Below are positions 50,245 through 60,075 of a DNA stretch of 64,000 nt, one piece after another. The notes below the pieces were generated by a model. The model was not told the origin of the DNA, made no database searches, and saw only the letters and a list, made by a program, of their open reading frames with translations. Made by a program: the position numbers and the translations under genes. Source of the stretch: an uncultured Candidatus Bathyarchaeia archaeon (GTDB lineage: Archaea; Thermoproteota; Bathyarchaeia; Bathyarchaeales; DTEX01). The stretch spans positions 6,287 through 70,286 of the forward strand of contig CAZPBM010000018.1 of the NCBI GenBank assembly GCA_964584965.1, in the 5' to 3' direction. Every line of letters begins with the position of its first letter. Positions within the stretch are counted from its first letter, which is position 1.

Positions 50245-51795
50245 GTGCTTCTGAAGGCTCCGTTTATAGGAAAAATGGGAGGAATCTCATCTGAACATCC
50301 ACTGGCTTCTGTAGCAGGTTTAAAAATTTTGTTAGAAGGCGGAAATGCTTGTGATGCTGCTGTTGCTACTAGTCTTATGCTTTCGGTAACTCAGCCACAC
50401 CTCGGAGCGTTAGGCAGCGACCTTTTCGCCTTAATTCTTGACTCAGCAAGCGGAAAGGTTTATTGTATAAATGCAAGCGGCTGGGCTCCAAGGAAATTGA
50501 GCCTTGAATCTCTAAGGGAACTCGGTTTTTACGAGACGCCCGCTGAGTGTCCTCATTCAGTTGTTGTTCCAGGCTTGATTGATGGGTTAAACAAGATTCA
50601 CAAGAGATTTTGCACGTTAGAGTTCCAAAAACTTGCAGAAGACTCCGTTCGCATTGCTGAAGACGGGTTTCCCATTTCCTATGGTCTCGGTAGAGCGATT
50701 AAACATAACATGCATAGACTGACGGAGCCAATGGCGAAAAGTCTTTTCTTCAAAGACGGGAGACCTCTTTGCCAAAGTGAAATATTGGCTCAAAAAGCCT
50801 TAGCTGAGACTCTTAGGGAAGTTGCTTCTAACCCACGTGTTTTTTACGAAGGGTGGATTGCAGAAAAAATTTGCGACTATCTTCGGTCTAAAGGTGGAGT
50901 TTTTGAGATTGACGATTTTTCAGATTATGAGGCTGAGTGGGTTGATCCCTTAATGGCTTCTTACCGTGACTATAGCATCTACGAGGTTCCTCCGAACAGC
51001 CAAGGCGCAACGACTATTATCATGCTCAATATTCTTGAGTGCTTCGATTCTAGAGGGTTAGGTGCATTTCGCAGTGAACGAGTTCATCTGTTCGTTGAGG
51101 CTGCCAAAAAAGCGTATGTCGAAAAAAACTTGTATCTTGCTGACCCCAAATTTGCGTCGATTCCACTAAAGAAGATACTAAGTAAAGAATACGCACAAGA
51201 ACTTGCACAAAACATTAATGTTAACAATGCGTCTGAAGGGACGACTTTACATCCTGAAGACACTACTAATTTTGTTGTTTTTGATAAATGGGGAAACGTT
51301 GTCTCAGCAATTCAAAGCCTCTACTACAGTTTCGGGTCAAGCCTTATGGATCCAAAGACCGGCGTAATCTTGAACTGTAGAGGAACACACTTCACAAAGA
51401 CTGGGGCGAATAGGCTTGAACCCCGAAAAAGGCCTCTACACACGTTGTCTTCGGTAATTGCAACGTCAGACAACGATGAAGCTTTTGCGTTTGGAGCCAG
51501 CGGAGGCGATTTCAGACCTCAACAACACGTTTTGCTTATAACAAATTGTGTAGACTATGATATGAGCCTTCAAGAAGCTGTGGATGCGCCAAGGTTCTTG
51601 TGGAATGGAGGCAAACAAGTTATTGTTGAAGAAAGCTTCGAAGGGCTTGATAATTTGGAAAGACTGGGGCATATTGTGATTCGCCAAAAGTATCCGGGTG
51701 GAACAGGTGTTGCTCACTGCGGCATGAGAAAGGAAAAAGTTACGATGCTTTGTGCTGATATTAGGGGAGACGGGCTTCCGTTAGGGCCTATCTGA
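50245..51795 (+). CDS. ggt: Gamma-glutamyltransferase family protein
   Basis: GGNACDAAVA, PPNSQG, DTTNF nucleophile Thr, PRKRPLHTLS. Confidence 0.92.
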   Translation: MLLKAPFIGKMGGISSEHPLASVAGLKILLEGGNACDAAVATSLMLSVTQPHLGALGSDLFALILDSASGKVYCINASGWAPRKLSLESLRELGFYETPAECPHSVVVPGLIDGLNKIHKRFCTLEFQKLAEDSVRIAEDGFPISYGLGRAIKHNMHRLTEPMAKSLFFKDGRPLCQSEILAQKALAETLREVASNPRVFYEGWIAEKICDYLRSKGGVFEIDDFSDYEAEWVDPLMASYRDYSIYEVPPNSQGATTIIMLNILECFDSRGLGAFRSERVHLFVEAAKKAYVEKNLYLADPKFASIPLKKILSKEYAQELAQNINVNNASEGTTLHPEDTTNFVVFDKWGNVVSAIQSLYYSFGSSLMDPKTGVILNCRGTHFTKTGANRLEPRKRPLHTLSSVIATSDNDEAFAFGASGGDFRPQQHVLLITNCVDYDMSLQEAVDAPRFLWNGGKQVIVEESFEGLDNLERLGHIVIRQKYPGGTGVAHCGMRKEKVTMLCADIRGDGLPLGPI

Positions 51796-51869
51796 ATTGA
51801 TGACATAAGTTTCTAAGCTTGGAACAACGTTTTTAACATACCTTGTATTTAGTTGCAGCGGGTGAAAGA

Positions 51870-52421
51870 ATGCATATAGCTATTTGTGGTGAATTAGGTG
51901 CTGGATGCACAGAGGTTGGGCAGCTACTTTCTGAGATGCTTGGAATAAGGGTCATCAACTCAGCTACCATCATAAAGAGCATAGTAACTGATCTTAAAGG
52001 AGTTTACCCTGATGAGTCGTTTGGCAAGTTCAAAGATCAAGTACTTTCAGGCGAGGTTGATTTAGATGGAATGATGTCAGGTGAAATACAAGATTTTTTG
52101 GAGCAAGGCGACACCATAGTTGAGGGTCGGTCAGCTTTTATGCTTCTCAACAGAAATGATGTTTTTAAGGTTTTATTAGTTTGTCCACTTGAAACAAGAG
52201 CAAAACATATAGCTAAAAGACGTGGAGTTTCCATCGACAAGGCTAAGGAAGCCATACGCATCAGTGACAGCGAAAGACAACATATGGTTGAAAAAATGTT
52301 TAAGGCGTACTGGCTTGACCCGCACTACTATGACATTATAATAAACACTGGTTTATACAGCTTTGAGGAAACTGCGAAGCAAATACGGGATCTCGTTCAA
52401 AAAAAGATGACTAAATCCTGA
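51870..52421 (+). CDS. Cytidylate kinase-like family protein
   Basis: IAICGELGAGCTEV, IVEGRSA, YDIIINT; GGTGA SD before ATG 51870. Confidence 0.8.
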   Translation: MHIAICGELGAGCTEVGQLLSEMLGIRVINSATIIKSIVTDLKGVYPDESFGKFKDQVLSGEVDLDGMMSGEIQDFLEQGDTIVEGRSAFMLLNRNDVFKVLLVCPLETRAKHIAKRRGVSIDKAKEAIRISDSERQHMVEKMFKAYWLDPHYYDIIINTGLYSFEETAKQIRDLVQKKMTKS

Positions 52422-52487
52422 AAAACATGTTTTTCATCTTTTACGTGGTTTGCGTGCTGTGTAACATGCTCTCCTCGATGATCTAAT

Positions 52488-53252
52488 ATGGTTTATTATG
52501 CTGCCTATGTGCCTCCTCACAATCTTGATGCCCAATTGGAGGTAGAGAACCAACTCAAAACTCTAGGTTGCAAGCGGATTCGCGGGTCTTTCTGGGTAAT
52601 TGGTAAAAAAAGCTTGGCGATGTCAGGGAGAATATTGCAGGGTTTTTCGCCTACTCTTTTGAAAAGAATTCGGGAAGTCAGGAAGCCTGTTTCACCGAAG
52701 GATGGCGAGCAAAGGGAACTTGGAAGTCTCATCATAATTGCGTATCAAAGTCCAGATGGTATGACTCGGGTAAAGGTTCGAAACTGGTTGAGGAGGTCTC
52801 CGTGTATACGTCTTTGCCCAGGCGTGTGTGCTTTTCCGCACAGACCCTTTCATGACGAAACAGGTAGACTTATGAGCGCAGGAAGCTTCTGGGAGCACGT
52901 TCGAGAGTTTGATGAAAACGCCGTAATTATTCCTAGATTGGTTGTTGTCAACAGCAGGGCCGTCGATAGATTGCTGGCCGCAACTGAAAACCGCGTCGTA
53001 AAAGAGGTTGAAAGTATAATCAAAGGATACAAGTCTCTGATTCAGAAAATTGAACAAGACGAAATAGACAAAATTCGCTCAGTTAAGATTGTTCGCAACC
53101 TAAGAAGAAGGTTCATAATCGTAAAAAAAGTCTCTGCGTTCTATGATGAATGGCTGAAGTTGAACCTTTCAACCATTGTTATGAAGCCTTATCCAACGAT
53201 AAGAAAAGTCCGTTACTTGTTTGAGGAAAAATATGGATCCTCCAGCTGGTAA
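52488..53252 (+). CDS. Hypothetical protein with duplicated ChrB-N/PaaX-like ferredoxin-fold segments
   Basis: LKTLGCKRIRGSFW and RVKVRNWLRRSPCIRLCPGVCAFP repeats, helical C-terminus. Confidence 0.5.
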   Translation: MVYYAAYVPPHNLDAQLEVENQLKTLGCKRIRGSFWVIGKKSLAMSGRILQGFSPTLLKRIREVRKPVSPKDGEQRELGSLIIIAYQSPDGMTRVKVRNWLRRSPCIRLCPGVCAFPHRPFHDETGRLMSAGSFWEHVREFDENAVIIPRLVVVNSRAVDRLLAATENRVVKEVESIIKGYKSLIQKIEQDEIDKIRSVKIVRNLRRRFIIVKKVSAFYDEWLKLNLSTIVMKPYPTIRKVRYLFEEKYGSSSW

Positions 53253-53308
53253 AAGTCGACTATATTTTTACAGGACCTTTATGGTTGCTTGGCAAAGCAC
53301 TTTATAAT

Positions 53309-54334
53309 TTATAAATTATTATAAAATTCTTCAGGTTGTAGTTCCCTAAACTCGCTGGTTTGTTCAACTATGTGTTTTCTTATGTCCAAGCACAAATGGC
53401 ACTTTGACACGTAGCCGTCTTTAAGTTCTTTATAGCCATATTCATTGATGCTAAACTGGAACAGTTTTCCAATACCCTTGTCTGAAGAAAGCATGGCGAT
53501 GACGGGACAGTCGTCAAGCTTGATTCCTTGACATATTTGGTTCAGGTTTCGTGCGTTGCCTAACGAGATGCCTCCGCAGTACCCTGTAATGTAGTTGCAA
53601 TAATTATCAACGTGAATATGCCAAGGCCTAGTTAACTCTTCAAAACAGGATTCGTTAACAAAGGCTTCAGCTGGTCTTTTCACAAAAAGATGCCCAATCT
53701 TGTAGCACGCTCTTCCCATGGGAATGAGTTCCACAAACCCTAAGCTTCGGATTCCTGCCTTCCGCAAGTAGTCTTGAAATGACAGAGTTCCCTTGATTTT
53801 TAGGCTTCTGAATTGTTGATAAAAAAAGTCTTGGTAAACCATTATGTTTCCACTGAAAACCTTCTCGCCTATGTTGATTGTTCTAAGTGTTTTCTCAAAC
53901 GGAACATACTCGAGAATGAAAGGGTTAACGCTGACTAAAATGCCGTGAAGCCCAGCTGTTTTCAGTTGAACGAGTTTTTCAAAGGTTTCTTCGTCATCAT
54001 TGCTCCAAAAACAGTTGGTCTCAACAAAAGTTGACGAAAAACCAATCTTATGAGCCATTTTTACAAGGTTCAAAAGAAGACCAAAATTGAGAAAAGGTTC
54101 TCCTCCAGTAAAGTGAAGGCCAGAATTTAATCCTAACCTTGAAGTTCTCGCCAGCTGGCTCTCTTCAAAGGCTGCGTGGAGCTGGGTTAAAACCTTCTCT
54201 GCGTCGTCGAGACTTATCCAATTAGCTCGACATTTCGGTGAACAAGCATACATGCAATGTTTACACTCGCTGTTGCACTTGTAAGAAAGCAAAAGACCGC
54301 CTGAAACAGGCTTGGGAACAGGCAACCTTGCCAT
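53309..54334 (-). CDS. Radical SAM protein
   Basis: CNSECKHC, FTGGEPF, extra C-terminal cysteines. Confidence 0.88.
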   Translation of the reverse strand: MARLPVPKPVSGGLLLSYKCNSECKHCMYACSPKCRANWISLDDAEKVLTQLHAAFEESQLARTSRLGLNSGLHFTGGEPFLNFGLLLNLVKMAHKIGFSSTFVETNCFWSNDDEETFEKLVQLKTAGLHGILVSVNPFILEYVPFEKTLRTINIGEKVFSGNIMVYQDFFYQQFRSLKIKGTLSFQDYLRKAGIRSLGFVELIPMGRACYKIGHLFVKRPAEAFVNESCFEELTRPWHIHVDNYCNYITGYCGGISLGNARNLNQICQGIKLDDCPVIAMLSSDKGIGKLFQFSINEYGYKELKDGYVSKCHLCLDIRKHIVEQTSEFRELQPEEFYNNL

Positions 54335-54533
54335 TATATTTCACGAGTAATTGTTCAAATTGGAAAGGTTAACATTTACCTAGAGGTTTGAGTACCTCGC
54401 AGTTGTTTAATTCTTTTTAGAAATTAACTTTTTATGCTTTGTGCAGTTGGACTTTGATTTAAATAGTTTTTTATATAAGTGTAAATAATGCACTAATCAT
54501 CAAATTATGAAAAATCCTGAGGTTTGCTGAGAT

Positions 54534-55889
54534 TTGAAACAATACGATGTTATTGTTGTAGGCGCGGGAACAGGAGGCTCCATGACAGCCAAAACTATTG
54601 CCCAAAAAGGGTTCACCGTTTGTCTAATTGACAGAAAAGACAAAGACACGATTGGGCAAAAGGTGTGTGGTGACGCAATCGGAAAACACCACTTTGATAG
54701 TCTAGGTTTAAAGCATCCTTCTGGACAGGAAAAGGAAGGAGACATCTCGGGAATTAACGTTCACTCTCCTGACTTGCAAACGGTCTTCAGAATAGTAGGC
54801 GAAGGATTAACGGGCTTCATGATTAACCGTTACCTTTTTGGGCAGAGGCTTTTAAAGGAAGCATTGGACGCTGGAGCTGAACTTTTCGATTCAACACACG
54901 TTTTGGAGCCCATTATAGAGAACGGAAAAGTGAAGGGAGTAGAGGTACGACTCCTCAAAGAAGAGGCGAAAACAAAATTTTTAGGCAATGTGATTATTGA
55001 CGCTAGCGGAGTCTCAGCCGTTGTTCGAAGTCATCTGCCTCCAAAAATTGGTTTGGAAACAAACGTTCGAAGCGAGGACACCGTAGTCTGCTATAGAGAG
55101 ATACGTGAACTAAAGGAGCAAGTTGATGAACCTACATTTTGCGAAATCTATTTAGACATAGAAAAGGCAGAAGGTGGGTATTACTGGATCTTTCCCGAAG
55201 GAAAGACAAAGGTCAATGTTGGACTAGGTGTCGCCGCAGTCAAAGGCCACCCGAACCCAAAAGACATGTTATACAAGCACGTTCTCACGATGCCCATGTT
55301 TAAAGACTCCACAATCATCCATGGCGGAGGAGGCATCGTCCCAACCAGAAGACCCTTAGACTCGCTTGTTGGAAATGGCGTAGTAGTCATTGGCGACGCC
55401 GGGTGCCAAGTGAACCCAATTCACGGCGGAGGAATCGGCCCTTCCATGATGGGTGGAGCAATAGCTGGAACAGTGATTACAGAAGCTTTAGAAAAGGGGC
55501 AACCAACTATTGAGAACTTGTGGCCCATCAACGTTCGTTTTATGAAAAGCTACGGAGCTAAACAAGCAGGATTAGACGTTTTCCGCGTGTTTCTTCAAAA
55601 CTTGTCTAACGATGATTTGAACTACGGAATGAAGTACCGCCTAATCAAGGAAGAAGATGTTCTTAAAGCAAGTTTAGGAGAGGAAATAAGGTTAAACGTG
55701 ACAGACGCCAGTCGAAGAGTGTTCAAAGGGTTAGGAAGACTGTCTTTCTTAAGGTCTCTGTATAAGATGGCGAAAACCGTTAAAACAGTCAAAACTTTGT
55801 ATAACGAGTATCCGAGTTCGCCTCAGGGACTGAATGGTTGGAAAAATCAGGTTGAAAAAATATTCGCTTCGCTGGGAAGAACTTTATAG
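54534..55889 (+). CDS. Digeranylgeranylglycerophospholipid (geranylgeranyl) reductase
   Basis: GAGTGG, KVCGDA, GGYYWIFP, GDAGCQVNPIHGGGI. Confidence 0.9.
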   Translation: MKQYDVIVVGAGTGGSMTAKTIAQKGFTVCLIDRKDKDTIGQKVCGDAIGKHHFDSLGLKHPSGQEKEGDISGINVHSPDLQTVFRIVGEGLTGFMINRYLFGQRLLKEALDAGAELFDSTHVLEPIIENGKVKGVEVRLLKEEAKTKFLGNVIIDASGVSAVVRSHLPPKIGLETNVRSEDTVVCYREIRELKEQVDEPTFCEIYLDIEKAEGGYYWIFPEGKTKVNVGLGVAAVKGHPNPKDMLYKHVLTMPMFKDSTIIHGGGGIVPTRRPLDSLVGNGVVVIGDAGCQVNPIHGGGIGPSMMGGAIAGTVITEALEKGQPTIENLWPINVRFMKSYGAKQAGLDVFRVFLQNLSNDDLNYGMKYRLIKEEDVLKASLGEEIRLNVTDASRRVFKGLGRLSFLRSLYKMAKTVKTVKTLYNEYPSSPQGLNGWKNQVEKIFASLGRTL

Positions 55890-55927
55890 AGAACCTTAAC
55901 GCTTTTCTCTTTTGAGAATGATTCAAG

Positions 55928-56608
55928 ATGGATGTCGCTGTTCTAGTTAGTGGAGGAAAGGACTCTGCACTTGCGCTTTACAGAGCTCTAAAGCGGGGAC
56001 ACAACGTAAAATACCTCGTAACAATAGTTCCTCAAAGACCAGACAGCTGGATGTTCCATTACCCAAACATTCAACTAACAAGCCTTTTCGCTGAAGCATC
56101 AGGCATTCATCTCGTTAAAGCCGAAACGAAGGGCGAAAAAGAAACTGAGCTAGTTGACCTTGAGAACCTTCTCCAAACTGTTGATGTTGACGGTGTGGTT
56201 TCAGGTGCAATCTCGTCGCAATACCAAAAAATGAGGATAGATAAAATCTGTGAGAAACTCGACCTCACGTCTATAACGCCGCTTTGGCAGGAAGACCCCC
56301 TTAAACTGTTAAACGAAGTTGTCGCCCTCAAATTTCACGCGATAATAACAGGTGTTTACGCGCACGGTTTTGACCAAAAGTGGTTGGGAAGAGCCATAAA
56401 CCCAAAGGTCGTAGAAGATCTTAAAGAATTGAACGCCAAGTTTCAAATCTCAATTGTCGGAGAGGGAGGAGAATACGAAACCTTGGTTCTGGACACGCCT
56501 TTTTTCAAAAAGAAAATTCAAATTAACAAAGCCAGAATAGTGTGGCAGGGCAGTTCAGGCTATCTTCTCGTTGAAGACGCTAGGCTATGCGAAAAAACTG
56601 ACCCTTAG
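55928..56608 (+). CDS. dph6: Diphthine-ammonia ligase
   Basis: SGGKDS, SWMFH, GEGGEYETLVLD. Confidence 0.9.
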   Translation: MDVAVLVSGGKDSALALYRALKRGHNVKYLVTIVPQRPDSWMFHYPNIQLTSLFAEASGIHLVKAETKGEKETELVDLENLLQTVDVDGVVSGAISSQYQKMRIDKICEKLDLTSITPLWQEDPLKLLNEVVALKFHAIITGVYAHGFDQKWLGRAINPKVVEDLKELNAKFQISIVGEGGEYETLVLDTPFFKKKIQINKARIVWQGSSGYLLVEDARLCEKTDP

Positions 56609-56660
56609 ACGAATTAGCTAAAAAATTTGCAAATACATTTTTACAAAGATTTTCTGCTGT

Positions 56661-57071
56661 CTATTTTGGGAATATCATTTTCTCATTCGATAAGGAGACT
56701 TCGTCGTCAGGCTCGTTTGGCGTTACGAACACAAGCATTACAAGAGGAACCTTGCCTGACGATTTCATGTCGTGAATTGTGCCTTTTTGGGCAAACAGAA
56801 TGCTTCCAGGTTCAGCGACAATCTTTTCTCCACCGTCAAAGGAAACGGTAAGCTCGCCTTCGATGACGTACCAGATTTCATCAGCTCGCGGGTGATAGTG
56901 CCCAGGATGCCCAAAACCGGCTGGCCAGCAGTGAACAAGCATTCTAAACCTTGGAGTAGCCAGAACCTTTTCTCTCCACGGTGGGGAGCCTTTCCGTGCC
57001 CTTATTTCGTGCAACGTGTCAATTAACTTGTTGTTTGCCTCTTCAGGCGGAACGTAAGGCATTTGCAACAC
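56661..57071 (-). CDS. Cupin domain protein
   Basis: HYHPRADEIWYVIEG...GTIH. Confidence 0.85.
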   Translation of the reverse strand: MLQMPYVPPEEANNKLIDTLHEIRARKGSPPWREKVLATPRFRMLVHCWPAGFGHPGHYHPRADEIWYVIEGELTVSFDGGEKIVAEPGSILFAQKGTIHDMKSSGKVPLVMLVFVTPNEPDDEVSLSNEKMIFPK

Positions 57072-57189
57072 CTCTCCGTTTTTCTCAGCAATAAACTTTG
57101 TTTGGTTTTATAAACTTTCGTAAAGCATTGTTAATAAAATTATGGCAATGAAAGACAAGTGTAAAAGGGTTTTCTACAAGTTTGAGGTT

Positions 57190-58048
57190 TCAGAACATTT
57201 TATCCTGCATTCTCCTTAGTTTCAAAAGAAATAAGTCTTCATCCAATTCAACATTGTCGTAGGTCAGTATGCCGTCTGGATGAACCCTCTTAACCACCTT
57301 TATGTTTTCAGCAAGCCCCAAGGGTAGGCAGTTCTCTTTTTTGGCAATTTCAGCTCTTTCTGCAACGCCGTAAAGGGTGCAGCCTCCGTCGCTGTCAAGA
57401 ACGTCTCCCAGGTTCAATGACTCCTTGGCAGCTGCTAAAACTTCTGCAGACGGCTTAGCTGGCAACGGGGCGCCTGTGGGTTCCTTGTATAGGACTGTGC
57501 GTACCAGAGAAGTTGTAGCCTCAAGCCCTGCCCAGTGGAACGGTCTGTAAACAAGGGCGTTTTTTCCTCTTACGCCTTTTGGAGATTCGTATGTCTTGAA
57601 TAGTCCTTTTACGTCTCTGCTGTCGCTTGTGACACCGTTGCTATTACGATGTTTTTGAGTTGTTTATCGCGTTGTACGCGTGCCTCGCTGCAATCTCTGG
57701 GTTTCCCGTGGACTCGGGAATCGCGTCAACGTTGCTTTGTATCAAAACTTCGCTGTTAGTTGTTATAACTGGCACGCCTTTCTCGATGTAGTGGTTAGCT
57801 TTTTCAACGTCTTTCACTTCCTCTATTTCACGAGGCTTACAGCGTGCAAATTTTACGAATCATCGAACAATCTTTTCCTTGGAAATGTCGGCAATCATGG
57901 CAATCCTAATGTCCAGAGTTTTAGATGCTTGCCCAATCGTTGAGCAACCGAAGAATCCAGCGCCAATTAGGCCCGCTTTGAGTGGTGTTCCATTTTTTTC
58001 AAGTTCGTTCAGACGATGCCTTGTAACTGCGCTCATCCCAAAGCTCAT
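57190..58048 (-). pseudogene. Homoserine-dehydrogenase-like NAD(P) oxidoreductase with SAF domain, frameshifted and internally deleted
   Basis: AGLIGAGFFG N-terminus; ESTGNPE...NIVIATV jumps at about 57632 to YRPFH and SAF (AAAKESLNLGDVLD...LPLGLA). Confidence 0.8.
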
Positions 58049-58126
58049 CTTAACATGCCATAATAGCCCAAAGGGTATTTTTCATTAATATTTTCTGGGA
58101 AAAACCCAGTTGTTCATATCATTTTT

Positions 58127-59206
58127 CTATTGTTCTGTTGCCTTTGCCCATATTCTGCAAGTTCCTTCGTTGCTGACCATACATGCTCCTACAGGTTTTT
58201 GCGGAGTGCATTTTTTCATGAACAACGGGCATTGCTTAGGCTTAATCTTTCCAACAATAACGAGGTCACATTTGCAACCCTGCTGCAAATCTGTGCTATG
58301 TTCAATTTTCACATTATACTTTGCATGGGCATCAAAATCTGCAAAATTTGGTAGCAAAGCGAACTTTGACGAAGAAATCTTGCCTAATCCACGCCAGCTA
58401 CCGTCGACAACTTGAAAGGTTTTTTCCATCACTTTCCGTGCCTTAAGGTTGCCCTCTGGCTTAACAACTCTTGAATACTCGTTTTCCAGCCTCGGCTTGT
58501 TTTCAGAAAGCTGTTTCAGAATCATGTAAACACCGAAAAGAACGTCCAGTGGTTCAAACCCCGCTACGACCGTCGGAATTCCGTAGTCTTGAGGAAATAC
58601 CTTGTAAGGTTCAAGCCCAATCACGGCGCTGACGTGGCCAGGAGCGATGAAGCCGTTTAGGTTCATGTCTTTCATTCCAGCAAGAACCTTCATCGCAGGC
58701 GGAATTAAACGGTGAGACACGAGAAAACTGAGGTTTTTAGAAGTCTTGTTCAGTATTTCTATGGCTGTTGAAGGCGCTGTGGTCTCAAAGCCTACTGCGA
58801 AAAAGACAAATTTCTTTCTTTTTTCTTTTTTAGCCATGTCCACGGCGTCTTTGACGCTGTAGACTACTCTAACCTCTGCTCCTTCTGCCTTGGCGTCTAG
58901 CAACGACATTCGTGAACCTGGAACGCGGAGAACATCGCCGAAACAAGTTAGGACAATGCCTTCTGAGGCTAACTCGATGGCTTCATCTACCTCAGATGCG
59001 GGTACAATGCAGACGGGGCAGCCTGGACCTGCGATAACCTCAACGTTTGTTGGAAGAAGTTCTCTTAAGCCATAATGGGTTATGGTCCACTCGTGGGTTC
59101 CGCATACGTGGCAGATTTTGACTAAATCTTTTTTTGGCGATAGTTTACGTATTTTGTCTGCTAATTGTCGGGCTGTTGCTGCATCTCTGAATTTTGAGGT
59201 GACCAT
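58127..59206 (-). CDS. hypD: Hydrogenase maturation protein HypD
   Basis: CGTHE, GPGCPVC, GFETTAP, PGHVS, GACMVSNEGTC. Confidence 0.97.
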   Translation of the reverse strand: MVTSKFRDAATARQLADKIRKLSPKKDLVKICHVCGTHEWTITHYGLRELLPTNVEVIAGPGCPVCIVPASEVDEAIELASEGIVLTCFGDVLRVPGSRMSLLDAKAEGAEVRVVYSVKDAVDMAKKEKRKKFVFFAVGFETTAPSTAIEILNKTSKNLSFLVSHRLIPPAMKVLAGMKDMNLNGFIAPGHVSAVIGLEPYKVFPQDYGIPTVVAGFEPLDVLFGVYMILKQLSENKPRLENEYSRVVKPEGNLKARKVMEKTFQVVDGSWRGLGKISSSKFALLPNFADFDAHAKYNVKIEHSTDLQQGCKCDLVIVGKIKPKQCPLFMKKCTPQKPVGACMVSNEGTCRIWAKATEQ

Positions 59207-59547
59207 GGTACTATGTTAAGCATTCTCCGATATTTATTGTCTGCACCTTTTTATGAAAAAGGAACGCTTTTTATGTACATATACGTCGATTGACTGAGAT
59301 TGCATTTCTGGAACCCTGTTTGGCATAATAAGAGAATTTCAGTTTTGTCTGCGTTTTTCTACTTTTTCTAATGAAAAATAGAAAAATAAAGCCTTTAAAT
59401 AGCAAAAGGCAATAAAATTTAATCTTTTTTGAATTAGTCTTCATTTTGTTCCTAAGAGTTCAGAAAAAACGTGATTTTTAGCACCACAAACATTAGTCAA
59501 GGTTTATCTGATTATTGTTGTTCGGGATAATCTGCAAGGTGTAAAAA

Positions 59548-59691
59548 ATGTCCTTAAAGAAAGAACCATTTAAGAAGAAAGACGAAGAAGAAGAGGAAGA
59601 AGACTGGGAAGAAGAGGAAGACTGGGAAGACGAAGAGGACTGGGAAGAAGACGAAGACGATTGGGAAGACGAAGAATCAGACGACTGGTAG
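59548..59691 (+). CDS. 47-aa highly acidic Trp-repeat peptide (not in ORF track)
   Basis: MSLKKEPFKKKDEEEEEEDWEEEEDWEDEEDWEEDEDDWEDEESDDW; AAGGTG SD-like sequence upstream; synonymous codon variation among repeats. Confidence 0.75.
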   Translation: MSLKKEPFKKKDEEEEEEDWEEEEDWEDEEDWEEDEDDWEDEESDDW

Positions 59692-59806
59692 ACCGCCTCT
59701 CCAAACCCCCAACTATTTTTGTAAAGATCCTTGATTGCACTAGTTTATTTCTCTCTCACTAGGTTAACAATAAGAAAGTACATGTTAGAATTTGCTGTGC
59801 TCATTT

Positions 59807-60025
59807 TCATTCTGTTCTCAGAATTTCGTCCCAGAGACGCAAAGTTTCTTCAGCTTCTTTTTGGTCGAGAACTTGAATTGCATAACCAGCGTGAACCAGA
59901 ACGTAGTCTCCTGCCTTTGCCTCAACCAGCATAACGTTGACTTTCCGTAAAACGCCGTTGCCAAAATCAACCTGAGCTACGTCGCCATTGGTTTCTAGAA
60001 CCTTCGCTGGTATTGCGAGACACAC
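59807..60025 (-). CDS. hypC: Hydrogenase chaperone HypC
   Basis: MCLAIP, GDYVLVHAGYAI. Confidence 0.96.
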   Translation of the reverse strand: MCLAIPAKVLETNGDVAQVDFGNGVLRKVNVMLVEAKAGDYVLVHAGYAIQVLDQKEAEETLRLWDEILRTE

Positions 60026-60075
60026 TTCAGTTCACTTGTATGAGAAACTATATGGGCAGGATAAAATCGTTATGG

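Noticed and set aside
59581..59690. GAAGACTGGGAAGA-type tandem repeats as a CRISPR array or VNTR
   Set aside because: Units are 18-24 nt, in frame, with no unique spacers; explained by the acidic peptide ORF
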